Assembly (NCBI GenBank): GCA_043228905.1
Contig: JBHGNT010000018.1
Location: 10,044,001-10,108,000, forward strand
From: Azolla caroliniana
Taxonomy: Eukaryota; Plantae; Polypodiophyta
Direction of reading: 5' to 3'
DNA length: 64,000 nucleotides
The notes under the pieces were generated by a model that searched no databases, was not told where the DNA came from, and saw only the letters and a list, made by a program, of their open reading frames with translations. Below are positions 12,325 to 25,040 of this stretch, piece after piece (position 1 is the stretch's first letter; every line of letters starts with the position of its first letter). A program made the translations under genes and the position numbers.

Positions 12325-14446
12325 TTACTTGGCATCGGTCCCTAACTGATAGGACCCGTTGTATTCCCGTGTCAGCCAATACGGGCCTGTCCATCTAAAC
12401 CGGAGTTTACCCGGCATCTTGCCCATCCTCGTTTGGAATACTAGCACCGGCTTTCCGATTTCGAACATCTTCTCATTACCTTTCCGATGACGGTCAACGA
12501 ACGCTTTCCGTCGTCGTTGCTCCAGTTCCATGTGTAGGATGCTGGCCAGCCGTTGCTCCTCCAGTTCGCATAGTGCTGCTAGCCGCATTTCCTCCGACTC
12601 CTTTTCATTCAGCCGTTCCCGTAGTTGGATCCGTAAGCTTGGTACCTGAAATTCCACCGGCATGACCGCCTCTAAGCCGAACGCTAACCGGAACGGCGTT
12701 GTCCGGATACTTGTCTTGTATGCCGTTCGGTACGCCCATAGCGCGCTATGGAGCTTTGTATCCCAGTCCGTCCGGTTTTCATTGACGATTTTGCGGAGAA
12801 TGTTCTGGAGGGTTTTGTTGGTTGACTCTGCTAACCCGTTTGCTTGTGGGTAGTACGGTGTGCTCCGTTTATGGACCACGGCATAGAACGTTGTTAAGCT
12901 TTCAACTACCTGGCCGAGGAAGTGCCCTCCTTGGTCGTTGATTAATTCAATCGGACATCCATATCGGCACCAAATGTTCTCGTACAGGAATTTTGCTGTG
13001 GATGACGCGGTGTTGTCTCTCAAGGCCTTAGCCTCCACCCATTTAGTGCAATAATCTGTTGCCACGATGACATAATGATTACCCGTTCTCATTGCCGGTG
13101 GCTTGAACGGTCCGACAAAATCCAACCCCCACTTCTGGAATGGCTCTAGTGGAAGTATCGGTTGGTGTGGCATCCGTGCTTGCTCCGTAGGCTGGCCCAT
13201 TCGTTGGCATAGGTCACATTCCTTAGCATACTTGACGGCGTCTTTTAACGTCGTGGGCCACCATAAGCCGCTCTGCCATACTTTCCTTGCCGTCGCTTCC
13301 CCGGCATAGTGTCCTCCGGCAACCCCACAGTGTGCTTCCCGTAAGATTACTTGTTTCTCGTCACTACGGACTGCCCGTCTCCATATTCCATCTGCTCCCT
13401 TGTGGTAGAGAGTGCCCCGTAACAGACAGAAATTGTGGCTCTGCACCGCCAGTCGTTTCCTCTCGTCCCGGTTCATTTCCTCCGGTGGCAGGCCCGTGCT
13501 TAGGAACTGGTGCATGTTTGTCAGCCACCTATCTTCTGATGCCACCGTGTCGTCCGCTGCCGTTTCCGGGGTGATACGGAATAACTCTGCGTCCGGGAAT
13601 TCATCCGATACTCCGTCGCCTGATTCTCCGGACTCTAACCGGCTCAGGTAGTCTGCTACGGCATGCTGGATACCGGGCCGGTGGAAGATCTCGAATTCGA
13701 ACTCCTGCAACAGCAAGGTCCAACGGGCCAACTTACCGGTCAGGGACGCCTTGGACACTAAGTACAGGAGCGCCGAGTGATCCACATGAAAGGAGAACTT
13801 CCTTCCCAATAGGTAATGACGAAACTTTGTTACACTGTAGATCATGCCCAGGGCCTCCCGTTCCGTCGTCGAATAGTTCTTCTCCGCTTGGGACAGCTTC
13901 CAGCTGGCGTAATATACCGGCCGGTACCATTTAGGCTCCGTAAGTTGCATTAAGGCGCTGCCGATAGCGATGTCGGAAGCGTCAACGAACACATGAAATT
14001 CCTTGCTCCAATCCGGAGGCTGCACGACGGGTGCTTGCGACAAAAGTACCTTCAGGGCATTGTATGCCTTATCCTCCGTATCCGTCCATTGGAACGGTGT
14101 CCGATGTACCGCGGTGTGTAATGGTGTAGCCAAGTCAGCCAAGTGACGGAGCATCCGGCTGTGCCACCGGATCTGTCCTAAGAATCGGCTTAGTGCTTTG
14201 GCCGTTTTCGGCGCCGGTGCCCCTAGTATCGCGTTTACTTTGTCCGGGTCGACCGCAATGCCCTCCTTACTTACAATGTGTCCCAGTAATATTCCACTTG
14301 AAACCCCAAAGATGCATTTTGCTGGGTTTAAGCCTAGCCGGTATAACCTACACTTTTCAAGGCATAACCGTAGGTGCTGCAAATGGTCTTTTTCCCGGCT
14401 ATAGACTGCAAAGTCATCCAGGAAAACCTACATGAAGGCTGGAATG
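12325..14446 (-). pseudogene. Element A pol 3' part (RT C-half, RNase H, integrase)
   Basis: VFLDDF, FHVFVDASDIAIG, H-H-C-C zinc finger, WGLDFVGP, YYPQANGLAE, WTGPY. One stop just before VFLDD. C-terminus truncated relative to C. Confidence 0.95.
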
Positions 14447-17400
14447 TGATAGGGTGTATAAGATAATAGATAGTTATACACTATATGAGGGCTTGACCAA
14501 ACCGATTAGATGGAGTTGAAAATCATAATATATTATATAGCTCTAGGTAATTATGATTAGAGAGTATAACTCAAGAAACTAAGAAAAAAGATAGAGAAAG
14601 CGAGCAAGAAATAAGAATGTTCTGATATTCCAACATCAAGAGAATACAAAGGAGACAATCTCCATATTGAACTAAAACCAAAGACCTTCCTCTTCTAAGA
14701 CACTTCCTCTTCCACAAAGACACTTCTTCCTAACACTCCTCATCCACTCTTTTGCCTTCACTCTTCGCCCCTCCTCACTAATATCACTTCTTCTTTTATA
14801 ACCTTCCTCTTCTTATCCACGTTCATGCTATTTTTAGAAGCTTTTTATCTCCCTATTTTTAGCTATGACACATCGACCTTCTAATCGTCATATCTCCCTT
14901 ATCCGATATCCAAATTAAGCGATTTAAAAAGCTATAGAAAGCTCTTTTTACAAGCTTTCTAATCCATATTTAAACGTGATATTTGGATAAACAACGAGGG
15001 AGTTATGACCATTCTATTTTTACTGTTTTTTATAGTCTGCGTTTTCTCTTTTTACTTTTCTCTTGGTCTCGTACTTTTACTTTTGACTTCTTCCCTAAGG
15101 TCTTAGTTCGTGTTCTTATCCTCAAAAGGTGAATTATCTATACTTTATATTCTCCTAATGTTCAATGGCTTAGATTCTAAAAACACTTTCACATTTAGCC
15201 CTCCCCCTTGTTAGAGGCTAAGCCATTTATGGCGAAGCACTTATTGGCAGTACTTAACAAACAAAAGCTCTCTCGCCAATCTCTTGGCTATAGACAATGA
15301 GAGAGATATAAAAAGAAAATAAAAAGATGTGAGTAAAACCCCCGTTAATCGGTAGGAAAAACCTCACATTCTCTACAAATAAAAAAGATAATCACTATTA
15401 CCATCTTCCTCTTTGTTAATAGAGAGAAAGATGGGTCTACAATATGGACTATTAAGAAAATAATGTATGGGGAAACAAGTCCACTTCTTGCTCCCATCCA
15501 TCCGTATCAACAATATCATTAGTAACTTGGGGAATATAAGTAGGTCCCCGAGTTACATACTTTTTAAGGCGCCATCCGTTCACTCGATAAGAATGAAGTG
15601 CTCCATCCACATCTTTCAATTGGTAACTTCCGTTGTCATACTTTTTGTGAACCACAAAGGGTCCTTCCCACTTATTATCAAGCTTTTGTCCTTGAATATA
15701 ATCATATCTATTATCATACCTAAGAACCAATGATCCTTCTTCAATGTGGTTGCCCTTGTGTTTTTTGTCATATGCCTCCTTTCTCTTCATTGCTTGATTT
15801 AAGTAATGCTCCACAGCTTCTTCTCTTGAATATTGTAGTAGATGGTTGCTCGCTAAACGACTCATCACATCATTTCCTTTTGAGCGATGCGATGCCTCCA
15901 TTAGTCTATTACTTTTGATCTCAAGTTCGATCGGAAGTAACGCTTCTTTTCCATAAACCAAATAAAAAGGAGTAAAACCTGTGGAGGATTTATAAGAAAC
16001 TCTATAAGCCCAAAGAGTATCATCCAAATACCTATCCCATGTTCTTACTTTGTCTTGCACTAACTTTGTCAAATTCTTCACTATAAGCCCATTCACTTTC
16101 TCAACTGCACCATTTGCTTGAGGATAATAAGGCGTTGAATATCGATGCTTAATCTTCAACTTGCTTAATAGACAAGCTAACATTTCACTCCTAAAACCGG
16201 GTCCATGATCGGATACAATCTCCATGGGAACTCCAAATCTAGTACAAATATTCTTATACACAAATTGGGCTACATCTTTGGCTTTAATCGAGGAAGTTGC
16301 TATAGCTTCCACCCACTTTGTCATGTAGTCAATGGCCACCAAAATAAACTCTTTACCATGTTGAGTTTTCGGAAGAGGTCCTACTGCATCAATTCCCCAT
16401 TTCTCGAATGGAGCAAACACCACAATGGGTTGTAAAGGTCCACTTTGTAGATGTCTTATTCCCGCTTTTTGACATGCATCACAAGATCTACACCAATCAT
16501 GCACATCCCTATGGATAGTAGGCCATGTAAAACCAATTAGTAAAATCTTTCTTATCATTATATCATGGGCTAAATGCCCACCACAAACTTCTTCATGCAA
16601 CTTAAAGAGTATCTTTATAATCTCGCTTTTGTTTGGAACTCTTCGTAAAACTCCATCTTTCCCTTTGTTGTACAAATCTTCACCCACCAAATGATATTGT
16701 GAAGCCTTTGCCACCAAACGCTTTCTTTGCAAAGCATTGAGGTTATTTGGAAACTCTCCTTTATTAAGAAAATTATGTACTTCCTCTAGGGAGTCTACAT
16801 CTTTGCACGTCTCCAAAATACCAACGAAACCTTCCTTGATCTTATCTAATTGGGCTTGAGCTAATGCATCCGCTTCTTTATTGTATAATCTCCCCACATG
16901 CTTAACCTGTATCTTTTCAAAAGACCTTAGTAGACTCATTGCTTCTTTATAAAAATTTCTAAGCCCATCACTTTGACATTTCCAATTGCCTTGAATTTGT
17001 TTAATTACCAATAAGGAATCACCCTTAAGAATTAATCTTTTTATCTTCATAGCTTTACATAGACGAAGACCATAACACAAGGTAGCATACTCCGCTTCAT
17101 TATTTGAATTCACACCACTTAATGTAATACCTTCACTTTTTACTCTGTCTCCTTGAGGATCCTTGAGAATAATCCCACCCACGGCTATGTTTGTGGCTTT
17201 GCGAAATGACCCATCAAAGAATAAGGTGAATGCATCCTCCATATCCGGCTCGGGAAGTGCCTTTCGTAGCTTTACCAAGTCTTCTTCATGAAAGGTTTCT
17301 CTAAAGGTGAGAAGATCCGCCAATTCGGCACGCATAGTTGATTCCAATTTGACTTCAAAATCAAACTCCGCCAATAGTAGAGCCCATTTAGCAATTCGTG

Positions 17401-20400
17401 CTGAAATGCTCACATGTTGGAGTACATATGGGAGTAATGACATGCTAGTGATTATTACAAAATGATGAGGTAGTAGAAAGCTTCTAAACTTTTTACAAGC
17501 ATATATAAGAGCTAACATCCACTTTTCTACTTCTAAGAATTCTTTCTCTACATCAGACATGGCTTTACTAATAAAATATATAGGATGCATAAGCCTATTT
17601 TCAGAATCTTGTTGCATAAGAATGGCTCCTATAGCATGAGATCCAACACTAAGAGAAAGAAAGAAGGTAGATGTTCTATCAGGTGGCTTTAGAATAGGAG
17701 CATTACATAATAGTTCTTTTATTCTTACATATTGCTCTTCAGTTGTAGATGTCCACAAGAAGTTGTTGGTGCGAAGAATAATGCGAAAAGGATAGAGAAT
17801 TTGGGCCAACATATGAATGAATCGTTCAAAGTAACGAACTTTTTGAACAAATACCTCCAAATCTTTGATACTCGTGGGTGTTGTCATCTTTTGAATTGCT
17901 TCAATCTTTGAGCTATCAACTTTGATTCCTTCTTGAGACACCACATGACCAAGCATCACTACCTCCTTTTCACCTATGTGACACTTCTCTGGGTTGAGTT
18001 GCATTTTGCATTCCTCCAATCTTTTGAATGCCGAGCGAACCTTTTCCAAATGGTCTTTCCTGCTACTATAAATTGCAAAGTCATCCATAAAGACTCTAAC
18101 AAACTTTCCAAAGAATGGTTGGAATACATGAATAGCAAGACGATTAAATGTAAAAACAGCATTTGTGAGTCCAAAGGGCATGCATCGATATGCAAAGCAT
18201 CCCCATGGAGTGATGAATGTCGTCTTCTTTTGATCCTCTTCCGCAATACGAATTTGAAAATAACCTGAATAGCCATCACAAACAGAGTACATTTCATGAC
18301 CCGCAATTTCATCTAATATTTCATCTTGGAAAGGGAGAGGAAAGTGATCCCTCTTGGTAGCCGCATTTAGAGGTTTGTAATCAACACAAACCCTCCATTT
18401 TCCATTCTTTTTAGGTACCACCACAATGGGCGAAACCCATTCAGAATCTTCCACTGGGTAAATGAATTGTGCACGCAACAAAGCTTTGACTTCCTTTAAT
18501 AAGGCCTCCTTTTGCACGTGACCTAGCCTTCGCAACTTTTGCGCAACGGGAGTTGTACCCTCCTTTAGATTTATGTGATGTTGGATGACATCTACACCCC
18601 TAATATGAGCATAATCACTAATGAAAAGGTTAGGAAATTCAGAAATCAAATTAATAAATTGTTGCCTTTCTTGCCCTTTAAGATCTTTAGAAATCATCTT
18701 CTCTTTTTGCTCCATAGTAATTAAACCTCTTTCATCATCTTCTTCCTTCAAAACGGCATATGATGTGGTCATTTCCCATTCTGACGAGGAATCTTCACTT
18801 TCATCACTTTCATATGCGGACCCACTATCATATTCAGTTATTCCATCTTCTTCTTTCTCAATAAGTCTTTGTTGCCGCATATCATAATGTATGCTCACTC
18901 CTTTTGATGGCGTTATGGTCATCAAACCTTTGCTCCAATCTTGGACAACATTGAGTTCTTGCATCCATGGTCGTCCTAGTACCAAAGAATATGACGGTCC
19001 TTTTAGTGGTATTACATGAAAATCCATGGAAATGCTTACCCCAAAACACTTGATGACAACATCCTCCACTATGCCAATGCAATGGACCACTCCACCATCG
19101 GCTACAGCCACTCTTGCCGAAGATGACCTACTTATAGGAATTCCCACTTTGTTTACCACAAATTCAGAAATCAAGCTTACTCTAGCACCACTATCAACCA
19201 ACGCATCTTTGATGTGAAACCCTTTGATGGAGACGGGGATGGTGGGTCGTATGTCCTTTCGATCTTCTACTCGCACGATTCCCACATAATGCACAGTCTT
19301 CCGACTTTGGCGAATACTTGCAAGTCGCCCCCACTCCTTTCGTAATGTGGGAGATAATTGGAGAAGTTGCGGCCATGTTATCCTTGGTCCACTTGAAATG
19401 AACTCATGCTTCAAATTGAAAGCTTCTACACCTTCACCCATAGGAATGTCCTCCATCTTGATCTTTCTTCTAGAGTGTCTCCTTCTCAATTTTTCCTCTT
19501 TCTCATTCTCCTTAGACTTCTTCTTTTGTCTTGAGGCACTAGATTCTCCTTCAACTTCTTTCTCCTTTTGCGAGGACCTTGTCCTTTTCACAGGAGCTAC
19601 TTCAAAAGAATTATCACTATCATCAATAAAATTAAGAAGATTCACATTATGAGGAATTGTAGGAACCTGAGCCATAGGGAGTGTTACGTTTCCTTCGACT
19701 TCATTGTTGTTAGGTCTTTGTCCATTCCTTTGCACTTGATAAATGCCTCTTCCCATGCCTCTTTGTTGTCGATGAGGACATCTTGTTGAGATGTGTCCCT
19801 CCTCTTGACAAGAATAACAAATTACACCGTGATGCCCTCTAGAGCCACCACCATCGGGAATAGTGTTGTGAATTGCTTGGGATTGTCGCAAGTGGGTCAT
19901 CACTTCATCAAAGCGCCGATTTACCAATGCCATGGTATCTTGTTCACTCCTCACTTGTTCAACTTCTTGGGATATACTTGTTGGGTTTATTGTTGTGGTG
20001 GTATACACATTTGGAAACACTTGTCCCCCATGCACAATTGAAGATGAGGCTTGAAAGTTGGCACGAGGCATCAAATTTGCACCCAAAGCCGTCATTTGGG
20101 GATCCCCCAAGGAGCTCATCATCTTCACTTGTCGATCATAAGCTTGACAAACTTGGATAAGAGCTTGAAACGATGTGGGATCCTTCAAGTTTGCTTCCAA
20201 ACGGAAATACATATCAAGACCCATCTTGAATCGTTCCATTTTAAACCACTCGTCTTCAGTGCCGCCACGAAGACGAATCCATGTAGTCCACAAATCCTTG
20301 AAATTTCTTTCATACTCAGTGAAACCAATTGGTGATTCCATCTTTAGTCGAAATAGCTCTTCCCTTACTTCGGTTGCACTTCGTCGTTGAATATATTTAG

Positions 20401-21446
20401 CACGAAACTGGTGCACCAACAATTGATATGCTCCCTGTTGGTTTGGAGGAAGAGAGTCATACCAATCTCGAGCTCGACCATAGAATGTAGCTACCAATAA
20501 AGGTAACTTCTCATTGTCGGTGATGCGTCCAATAGAGACAGCATGATGCTCAAAAGATGCCAAAAAGGCACCCGCATCTTGTGTTCTTTCACCTGAAAAT
20601 GCAAATTGCATAGCTAAGTTAATGTAATATAGTAACACAATTAAATGATAAGTTCTCCCTCCTATACGGAAAGGATCGGCCCTCCCTGGAGCGCCAAAAT
20701 GATAGGGTGTATAAGATAATAGATAGTTATACACTATATGAGGGCTTGACCAAACCGATTAGATGGAGTTGAAAATCATAATATATTATATAGCTCTAGG
20801 TAATTATGATTAGAGAGTATAACTCAAGAAACTAAGAAAAAAGATAGAGAAAGCGAGCAAGAAATAAGAATGTTCTGATATTCCAACATCAAGAGAATAC
20901 AAAGGAGACAATCTCCATATTGAACTAAAACCAAAGACCTTCCTCTTCTAAGACACTTCCTCTTCCACAAAGACACTTCTTCCTAACACTCCTCATCCAC
21001 TCTTTTGCCTTCACTCTTCGCCCCTCCTCACTAATATCACTTCTTCTTTTATAACCTTCCTCTTCTTATCCACGTTCATGCTATTTTTAGAAGCTTTTTA
21101 TCTCCCTATTTTTAGCTATGACACATCGACCTTCTAATCGTCATATCTCCCTTATCCGATATCCAAATTAAGCGATTTAAAAAGCTATAGAAAGCTCTTT
21201 TTACAAGCTTTCTAATCCATATTTAAACGTGATATTTGGATAAACAACGAGGGAGTTATGACCATTCTATTTTTACTGTTTTTTATAGTCTGCGTTTTCT
21301 CTTTTTACTTTTCTCTTGGTCTCGTACTTTTACTTTTGACTTCTTCCCTAAGGTCTTAGTTCGTGTTCTTATCCTCAAAAGGTGAATTATCTATACTTTA
21401 TATTCTCCTAATGTTCAATGGCTTAGATTCTAAAAACACTTTCACA
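14447..21446 (-). mobile_element. Ty3/Gypsy element B, Tat-type (additional archaeal-type RNase H), intact, 7.0 kb
   Basis: 747-bp LTRs at 14447-15193 and 20700-21446, no mismatch seen by eye. TSD GAATG. PBS TGGCGCTCCAGGGAGGG (20696-20680, tRNA-Asn-like). PPT AAGGGGGAGGG (15209-15199). Confidence 0.97.
15452..20611 (-). CDS. Element B gag-pol polyprotein (gag-CCHC-PR-RT-RH-aRH-INT)
   Basis: Uninterrupted ORF. CYSCQEEGHISTRC, LVDSGA, FMDDF, degenerate first RH, FTLFFDGSF..NNEAEY..LKGDSLLV (aRH), WGIDAVGP, KWEGPF. Start assumed at MQFAFSG. Confidence 0.93.
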   Translation of the reverse strand: MQFAFSGERTQDAGAFLASFEHHAVSIGRITDNEKLPLLVATFYGRARDWYDSLPPNQQGAYQLLVHQFRAKYIQRRSATEVREELFRLKMESPIGFTEYERNFKDLWTTWIRLRGGTEDEWFKMERFKMGLDMYFRLEANLKDPTSFQALIQVCQAYDRQVKMMSSLGDPQMTALGANLMPRANFQASSSIVHGGQVFPNVYTTTTINPTSISQEVEQVRSEQDTMALVNRRFDEVMTHLRQSQAIHNTIPDGGGSRGHHGVICYSCQEEGHISTRCPHRQQRGMGRGIYQVQRNGQRPNNNEVEGNVTLPMAQVPTIPHNVNLLNFIDDSDNSFEVAPVKRTRSSQKEKEVEGESSASRQKKKSKENEKEEKLRRRHSRRKIKMEDIPMGEGVEAFNLKHEFISSGPRITWPQLLQLSPTLRKEWGRLASIRQSRKTVHYVGIVRVEDRKDIRPTIPVSIKGFHIKDALVDSGARVSLISEFVVNKVGIPISRSSSARVAVADGGVVHCIGIVEDVVIKCFGVSISMDFHVIPLKGPSYSLVLGRPWMQELNVVQDWSKGLMTITPSKGVSIHYDMRQQRLIEKEEDGITEYDSGSAYESDESEDSSSEWEMTTSYAVLKEEDDERGLITMEQKEKMISKDLKGQERQQFINLISEFPNLFISDYAHIRGVDVIQHHINLKEGTTPVAQKLRRLGHVQKEALLKEVKALLRAQFIYPVEDSEWVSPIVVVPKKNGKWRVCVDYKPLNAATKRDHFPLPFQDEILDEIAGHEMYSVCDGYSGYFQIRIAEEDQKKTTFITPWGCFAYRCMPFGLTNAVFTFNRLAIHVFQPFFGKFVRVFMDDFAIYSSRKDHLEKVRSAFKRLEECKMQLNPEKCHIGEKEVVMLGHVVSQEGIKVDSSKIEAIQKMTTPTSIKDLEVFVQKVRYFERFIHMLAQILYPFRIILRTNNFLWTSTTEEQYVRIKELLCNAPILKPPDRTSTFFLSLSVGSHAIGAILMQQDSENRLMHPIYFISKAMSDVEKEFLEVEKWMLALIYACKKFRSFLLPHHFVIITSMSLLPYVLQHVSISARIAKWALLLAEFDFEVKLESTMRAELADLLTFRETFHEEDLVKLRKALPEPDMEDAFTLFFDGSFRKATNIAVGGIILKDPQGDRVKSEGITLSGVNSNNEAEYATLCYGLRLCKAMKIKRLILKGDSLLVIKQIQGNWKCQSDGLRNFYKEAMSLLRSFEKIQVKHVGRLYNKEADALAQAQLDKIKEGFVGILETCKDVDSLEEVHNFLNKGEFPNNLNALQRKRLVAKASQYHLVGEDLYNKGKDGVLRRVPNKSEIIKILFKLHEEVCGGHLAHDIMIRKILLIGFTWPTIHRDVHDWCRSCDACQKAGIRHLQSGPLQPIVVFAPFEKWGIDAVGPLPKTQHGKEFILVAIDYMTKWVEAIATSSIKAKDVAQFVYKNICTRFGVPMEIVSDHGPGFRSEMLACLLSKLKIKHRYSTPYYPQANGAVEKVNGLIVKNLTKLVQDKVRTWDRYLDDTLWAYRVSYKSSTGFTPFYLVYGKEALLPIELEIKSNRLMEASHRSKGNDVMSRLASNHLLQYSREEAVEHYLNQAMKRKEAYDKKHKGNHIEEGSLVLRYDNRYDYIQGQKLDNKWEGPFVVHKKYDNGSYQLKDVDGALHSYRVNGWRLKKYVTRGPTYIPQVTNDIVDTDGWEQEVDLFPHTLFS

Positions 21447-24400
21447 GAATGTATTCGCTGAAGATCTCCATGATGATTCGCTGGAAAGTTGCTGGTGCCG
21501 TTTTTAGTCCGAACATCATTACTACGGCCACAAACACCCCCCATTCGGTGACGAACGCTGTCTTCTCCTGGTCGTCAGGGTGCATCCGGATTTGATTGTA
21601 TCCGCTGAACCCGTCTAAAAAGCTATAAACTTCATGGCCGGCGACGGCATCCAGTACTCCATCCGTGAACGGAAGAGGGAATGCATCCGTAATTGTGGCT
21701 GCATTTAGTTTCCTGTAATCTACACACACACGGATTTTACCGTTCTTCTTTGGGACGACGACGATGGGGCTCAACCACGTCGCTTTCTTTACCGGCCGGA
21801 TGAAGACCACTCTTAGGAGTTTGTCGATTTCCTCCTTCACTTTGGCGGCGTAATTGGGGTTCATTCGGTAACGTCTTTGCGCCACTGGTTTCACGTCCTT
21901 GCCTAAGTGGATCTGATGCTGATATAATTGAGGGTCCAACCCTCGCATGTCTTCGTATGACCAAGCGAATACGTCGCGAAACTCCGTGAGAAGTTTGATC
22001 ATCGCCACTTTATCTTCCGGCTTCATTTCTTTGGCGATGTGTACCGGCTTTGATTCGTCCTTGCTTCCTAGGTTCACTTCGTCGAGCTGGGATGTTTTTA
22101 CCCGTTGGGAAACGGCCATTTCCCGTTCCAACGCTTCCTGTGCTTGCCGTAATTCCCGAATCGAATCTTTTTCTGGTTCGGCTTCGGTTTCGTCCCGCTG
22201 CAGCAAGTATGGCGCTACGGCTTCAGCTACGTCAATCTCGAAGAGTGGTACGATCTTCGGGTGTTCCTCCAAGTACTGGGCTTCTTCGTCGTCTGCCAAC
22301 CCTTCAAGCATGTTCACGCATTCCGCATACAGCGGTGTGCATTCCTTACCGTTGCTCGTCCGTGGTTGTGTCGGTACCCGGACCTTGGCTTTTCCGCGCC
22401 GGAAGGTAATCATATTTTTCCGCCAATTTTGCTTGATGTGTGCTGTTTTCAACCATGGTCTGCCCAGCAACAGTGGGTACGCGCCTTGCGCCTGTAGCTG
22501 CAGCACTACAGCCGAGATGTGAAATGTGTGACCTCCTATGGTCACTTCCAATTTCCGTATTAAGCCCGTCGGCCGTACAGAGCTCGTATCCGCCATCCGT
22601 AGCCAGAACGGACATGGCTCCCATTCATGTATACCCAAGGCATCACACGTGCGGAGGCTTATTACGTTCACCCCGGAACCTCCATCGATTACTGTGCCGG
22701 GAAGTTCGTGCCCTTTGACAATAGCTGTAATCACCGGACTACTAGTGTCCACCACCGTCGGTCCCTCCTCCGGATTCGAGAAGAGGACTGGTGCCGGTGG
22801 GGCTATACCGTCTGTCATGACCGTTTTTAGTCCTTCCGTAAATCGTGGCACGAGCTGCAAGAGTCTTCCTAATGGCAACGTGATCTGACATTCTTGCAGT
22901 GCTTGCCATGTCTCGTTTTCTGCGTGGCTACCGCTGGCACTCCCTATGGTATTCGCCTTTTGCCGTTCCGCGTCCGCGACGTTCCTTTCATTGGCTTCCT
23001 TCACCCATTCCGTCGCCTGTTTTCGTATGGCCTCTTGTGTTTCCCACTCTTTGGCCATGCCTTTCGATCGTGTGGTTACTTGCTGTACATCCGCCACTTC
23101 CGGAACCACCATATTAACTGCTGGTCGTTTATCGTAGCTCTTTGCCGGGCACTGGTTACTGTAGTGGCCTTCCTGCCTGCAGTAGTAGCAGTACTCTTTA
23201 CGGGTATTGCTGGATTCAGCATTGCTGGTAGCCGGAGTCGGTCCCGTAGTGAGTGGTGCGTTCTGTGCCGGTTGGCTCCTTGGGGTTCCATGTTCCGGGT
23301 CCCTAGTGTGACCACCTTTCTTGAAATTACGTTTCTTATTATTCTTATTTTTATTTCGGTAGTCCTGTCGTGGTGGATCGTAAAATCGGCCGTAGTCCTC
23401 CTGGTGCCTTCGGTAACCAGGGGAATGGTCTCTGTCGTATTGCTCGTGTCGTCTGTTGGACTCCCGATAATGGTCCGATCGCTCATACCGGTCGTAGTTA
23501 TCATGCCAATCCCCGTACCGGCCATCATTCTCTTGTCTGTCTCCGTACCGGACATCCTGTGCCGGTCGGTACTGGTTCATTCTTTGCCAACGATCTTCAT
23601 CTTCGTCTCGGCTGCTTCTTGGCTCGATCCGTCGGACGGGTGGTGCTTGTCGGTTTAGCAGGTTATAGTCGCACCGGTCCGTTGTATGACTCTTGGATTG
23701 ACAAATCACACACTGGGTTCGCATGGTGCACTCCACTGCCGAGTGTCCGGCATTCAAGCAGATTGTGCATTGAATTGCCTGCCGGAACCGGAGATCTTCA
23801 TCTGTGGGTAACGCCCGTTGCAGTGCTCCCAGTGTAAGCCATGAGCTTGACTTTTCCATTTCTCTGACCCGGTCAATGACCTGGTCAATGGTGCTTCCTC
23901 GAAAGTCGATCACTGTACACACCGTGCGTAACGGTTCCCGGAGTGCGTTTAAAAATATCGTCCGTAATTCCTCCTCCGGGGGTGCACGGGCAAGCTGGCT
24001 ATGCATTCGTTGGAAACGGATGACGAATTGGGGAATGCTTTCCCCTGCCTCCTGTTGGATCGTATAAAACAGGCCCACCATTATCGTCTGGTCGACCTCC
24101 TTGTGGAAAAAATGCAAGAATTTTGCTTTTAATTTTGCAAAGGTTGTGATGGTCGCCGGGTCCTGCGTCTGCCGCCATCGTGCCGCTGGTCCTTCCAACG
24201 TGACCCCGAATTCCGCTATCTTCGAGCGTTCTTCTTCCTCCGGTGTCAATCGCTGGGACGCGTGATTTGCTTCCCATGTCTGCTCGAAGGCATGAACATG
24301 CGCTTCCGCGTCCGGATCATCGCGATACTTTGAGTATTGGAACGACATGTCGTCGTCCAGTATTAGGCCGCGGTTTAGTGGCGTCTGTTGATATCTTTCC

Positions 24401-24993
24401 GGTTTTCTCTCTGGTTCCACTTCCAGTTCTTTTGCCGGTGCTTTTTCCGGTTCCTCTTCCGGTTCTTTTTCCGGTTCCTTCACCGGCTCTTCTTCCGGTA
24501 CCTTCGCCGGCTCTTTCATTGGTGTCGGTGGCTTTGCTTCTTCCACTTCCGGTGTTGGTGGGTTGACGGCTTCCGTTTGCGGTTCCGGATAGCCCTGGTC
24601 GAACGGTTCCGGTTCTGGAGTCGGCACGGTATCCGACCCGTCGTCCTCCGGGCCGCCGGGGGTATCGTTGCTGCTCCGGTAGTTCGTGTGCACGCTGTAT
24701 CCCCCTTCGGAATCCAATTCGTAGGCTGAAAAGGCTTCTGCCTCGTTTTCTCCGCTTGCCAGCGCCTCGAGGAGGCGTTCGGTTTCCCGGAGACTACTTA
24801 GACCGCTTCCGTCGTCCTGGTCGTGAGTTTGCTGTAACCGAAGAGATTCCTCCGCGACTCTCCGGATTTTGTTGGAGAACGAACGATCCGAGCGAATTTC
24901 GTGCGCTGCTTGCTGGAAAGTCTCACGCCGTCTTTGCCGTTCGGCGAGGCGTCGAGCTCGGTCTGTAACCAGGTCGTGCGTTGGTCTCGTCAT
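21447..24993 (-). CDS. Element A gag-PR-RT N-terminal part (cut by insertion of B)
   Basis: Open frame of ~1180 aa with several CCHC knuckles, VIDGGSGVN protease, RVCVDYRKLN and FLDGFSGYNQI. Confidence 0.93.
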
Positions 24994-25030
24994 CCATTAA
25001 GCCGTCGTTCGCTGCGAGAAAGCAGGAATC

Positions 25031-25040
25031 GTGGTCGCCA
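25031..25040 (-). promoter_or_regulatory. Element A minus-strand PBS (tRNA-Arg-like)
   Basis: TGGCGACCAC on the minus strand, 6 nt from the 5' LTR and just upstream of the gag ATG. Confidence 0.75.

Noticed and set aside
14906-14988. Imperfect palindrome in the B LTR (TATCCAAAT..TAGAAAGCT/AGCTTTCTA..ATTTGGATA) as a miRNA or MITE
   Set aside because: AT-rich, interrupted stem inside an LTR with no TSD; such hairpins are common in LTRs.
21947-24968. Numerous plus-strand ORFs overlapping gag-pol of A (similarly in C, E and G)
   Set aside because: Shadow ORFs on the antisense strand of GC-rich coding sequence, with no recognisable motifs.
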